The notes under the pieces were generated by a model that saw only the letters and a program-made list of their open reading frames with translations, did not search any database and had not been told where the DNA came from. A stretch of DNA of 35,033 nucleotides from Octopus bimaculoides (lineage: Eukaryota): the NCBI RefSeq assembly GCF_001194135.2, contig NC_068982.1, forward strand, positions 191,763,239 to 191,798,271, given 5' to 3'. This document shows, piece by piece, positions 32,611 to 35,033 of the stretch. A program made the position numbers and the translations under genes. Each line of letters opens with the position of its first letter. The first letter of the stretch is position 1.

Positions 32611-32802
32611 TGTGTCTGTGTTTGTCTCCCCACCATCGCTTGACAACCGATGTTGGTGTGATTACACCCCCTTAACCTAGGCAAAAGAGACCAATAAAAT
32701 AAGTACTAGGCTCACAAAGAATAAGTCCTGGGGTCAATTTGTTCAACTAAAGGCGGTGCTCCAGCATGGCCACAGTCAAATGACTGTAACAAAAGAGTAA
32801 AA
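32610..32802 (+). mobile_element. Family A SINE 3' half
   Basis: TTGACAACCGATGTTGGTGTG...AATAAGTCCTGGGGTC...GGCGGTGCTCCAGCATGGCCACAGTCAAATGACTG. Confidence 0.85.
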
Positions 32803-32989
32803 CCATATATACCCATACATTCATGTGATAACACACCACACACACACACACACACGCACACACACACACACACATCTACAAGAAAATTTTATTTTTTACA
32901 CCCAACCCATTCTTTAAAGTTAAATACACTGAAAGACTCCAATAAATAATTATATCTTTCTGTATATTATTAATTAATGTGGTTAATTA

Positions 32990-33362
32990 ATTAATTACTT
33001 GAGTGTCCTAGTGATGTTTTCGTACTACCCACTGCCTGCCACTGCATCAGAGCAGGTGAGGCTGAACACACCTGCTTGAAGTGGGAGCAAAGAAACTGGA
33101 AGCTGACCCTTTCCCTGTCTTGAGGATGCCAGAGAAACCTGGGACATTTTTTTCTGGGAGCGGGGGGGTTCCATGAATTACCTAAGTGTGCCCTACTTTG
33201 GAGCATTCTGTTTATTTATTATTTTTCTGTTTACATATCCTTTTGTTGTACCCTTTAATGCTTTCCCCTGATCGATGTGTGTTGTATCTCATCCTTTGAC
33301 ATTGTCCACCATATCTTGGGCCCTTGTAGACAATACAAGAAATCATCATCATCATCGTCGTC
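32990..33362 (+). mobile_element. L1/Tx1-type 3'UTR fragment with (CAT)n tail
   Basis: Ends GGGCCCTTGTAGACAATACAAGAAATCATCATC, like the 8940-8965 end GGGCCCTTGTCACCAATAAAGAAA. Confidence 0.55.
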
Positions 33363-33379
33363 ATTATTTTGTTCTTCAG

Positions 33380-33609
33380 ATATCGAAGAGGGTTTCTTGC
33401 CCTGGTTAATGCAGAATGTTAACAGAGAAGTGAATAACAGCAAACTGATTTGCAGAATCGCTGATTCCATGATCGATCATGTGATCAAAGAGAGGAATTT
33501 AGCATTTTTGAGATTAGAAGAACGCATTCAGCAGGAGAAAGAGTTGGCGAAAATACTACCGGAACCATCTGCAACAGAGTTAGAGGAAGACCAGGTTGAA
33601 GAGAGTGAG
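33380..33609 (+). CDS. RSPH3: RSPH3 coding exon 6 (to GTAAGT donor; frame stays open to TAA 33775-33777)
   Basis: gttcttcAG acceptor, phase 1. DIEEGFLPWLMQNVNREV...IADSMIDHVIKER... aligns with human DIEIGFLPWLMNEV...LDMLIREVV. Confidence 0.92.
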
Positions 33610-34319
33610 GTAAGTAGAGAATTTGTTCAGAGCAATTCCATCTGTGGGGATACTGTCACATCTAATCTTCTAATGATATCACGTTCTCTTAAACTACATA
33701 ACTATGTCAACCGGAGGGCTATGGTTGGAATGTCTTTGATTATAATTCTGCTCTATCTGGGTCTGATCTGGAGCTAAACAACGACAACAACACTAACAAA
33801 CAACAGCTGTGTGTGTGTGTACATTTATGTATGTATATTCATATGTGTGTGAATGTATTCTATACAAATATTGTATACACACGTTCACATGCACACACAT
33901 ACACATTTATATATCACAGTGTAATGGCTGTAAATATATACAGTTTGATATTATACATGGAGCAAATATTAACTAATATAGAACTCAATACTTGTGCTAA
34001 TGATCAGTCAGTGGCAAGATCAAACTCAGGGAGACTGTCATGTTTTGGATGTAGTTACATGTGGTGGTATATTACAGGTATATAACTGGTCAGAATGTTA
34101 CCTTCAGTTTCACAACGTTATAGTGGGGCCTGGGAGAAAATAGGTTGGGAAACACTGCATTAGGGAGTATTGTCCTTGATGTATAAAAACACAGTCATCC
34201 ATATTTGGAAGACTTTATTCGTAGATTTGCACGAAAATTTAGTCTCGGATCTTTGTAGACTTTTATCTTTTCTATCCTTAAAACGGAGATGCTTTTGCAA
34301 AATTTTGAAACTTTCACAT

Positions 34320-34405
34320 TCCCTTTTGCCAAACTGTTAGGATATGGGGACATAAACACATCAGTTGTCAAGTGGTGGTGGTGGTGGGGTGACAAACACA
34401 TACAA
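34320..34405 (-). mobile_element. Family A SINE fragment
   Basis: TTTTGCCAAACTGTTAGGATATGGGGACATAAACACATCAG...GACAAACAC. Confidence 0.6.
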
Positions 34406-34644
34406 AGACACACACAAAAATATATATATAAATATACATACATACAAGCACCCTTCAATCATTGGGTGATATGCTGTGCTTGTGAAGACCTGTTGAACTG
34501 AGTGAAATTGTAGTGATGGCTGATGCCAGTGCTGTCTGAGTGGCACCCATGCCACCAACATGTAGTGGGACTGAACACCCGTGTAGTTGGGAAGCAAGCT
34601 TCTTACCACACAGCCATGCCTATTGATATTATATTTATAATATA

Positions 34645-34672
34645 CTAGCAGAGGAACCCGGCGTTGCCCGGG
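34645..34672 (-). mobile_element. Helitron 3' terminus (subterminal hairpin + CTAG)
   Basis: Minus strand reads CCCGGGCAACGCCGGG-TTCCTCTG-CTAG followed by T, the canonical Helitron 3' end. The body extends rightwards with an unclear 5' end. Confidence 0.7.
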
Positions 34673-34859
34673 AATGAAATTGTTGCTTATATACTGGAAG
34701 GAAAAAAGCAAAATATGCTGTATAGAAATCTGAGGACATTCTGTAGATGGACTCTCAGATGAATGATGACTGGGCACCTCTCATGAATTGGAAAATTGAA
34801 GATGCGCCAAAAAGCCTCATTGGTACTTGGAAACTTTTACGAAAATTAAAATGGGGATT

Positions 34860-35030
34860 AAATGCACACACACAGAGTATCACACATCAGATGAAATGGA
34901 CGTGTGTGTGTGTGTGAGAGAGAGAGAGAGGTTTGTTGTCATGTATACATACATGTATAAATAAGCATACATCTTTGTGTGTGTGTGTGTGTGTGCGTGT
35001 GTATGAGAGAGAGAGAGAGAGTAAATACTA
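34860..35030. repeat. (CA)/(GT)/(GA) microsatellite cluster
   Basis: Visible dinucleotide runs. Confidence 0.9.
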
Positions 35031-35033
35031 CAT

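Noticed and set aside
34090-34160. GGTTGGGAAACACTG hAT-like right TIR
   Set aside because: No matching left TIR could be identified, so it is too fragmentary to annotate.

Overview
AT-rich, repeat-dense animal genomic scaffold with six N-gaps. The SINE/LINE families and microsatellite load point to an octopus (coleoid cephalopod); this is inference from recalled repeat sequences. Two spliced protein-coding genes lie head-to-head. TMEM242 is on the minus strand (4 coding exons, 18278->9919, 186 aa). RSPH3 is on the plus strand (6 coding exons, 23027->33609, 363 codons; the last exon either lies beyond the window or reads through to a stop at 33777). They share a short interval near 18.3-18.6 kb that carries X-box (RFX)-like and forkhead-like motifs. 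Bases 1-9000 are a stack of decayed transposons: RTE, two Penelope-like, Helitron, an L1/Tx1-type ORF1 element, Gypsy and a Tx1 3' end, nearly all on the + strand. The introns hold many tRNA-derived SINEs, LINE 3' ends, a hAT-type MITE and microsatellites. No prokaryotic features, CRISPR arrays, rRNA or true tRNA genes are present. I found no clearly new system. The best testable leads are a possible tail-anchored RSPH3 read-through isoform, an ORF1-only (HAL1-like) retroelement, the bidirectional ciliary/mitochondrial promoter with possibly ancient linkage, antisense exon candidates inside TMEM242, and a co-oriented TE block that could be read antisense from TMEM242.
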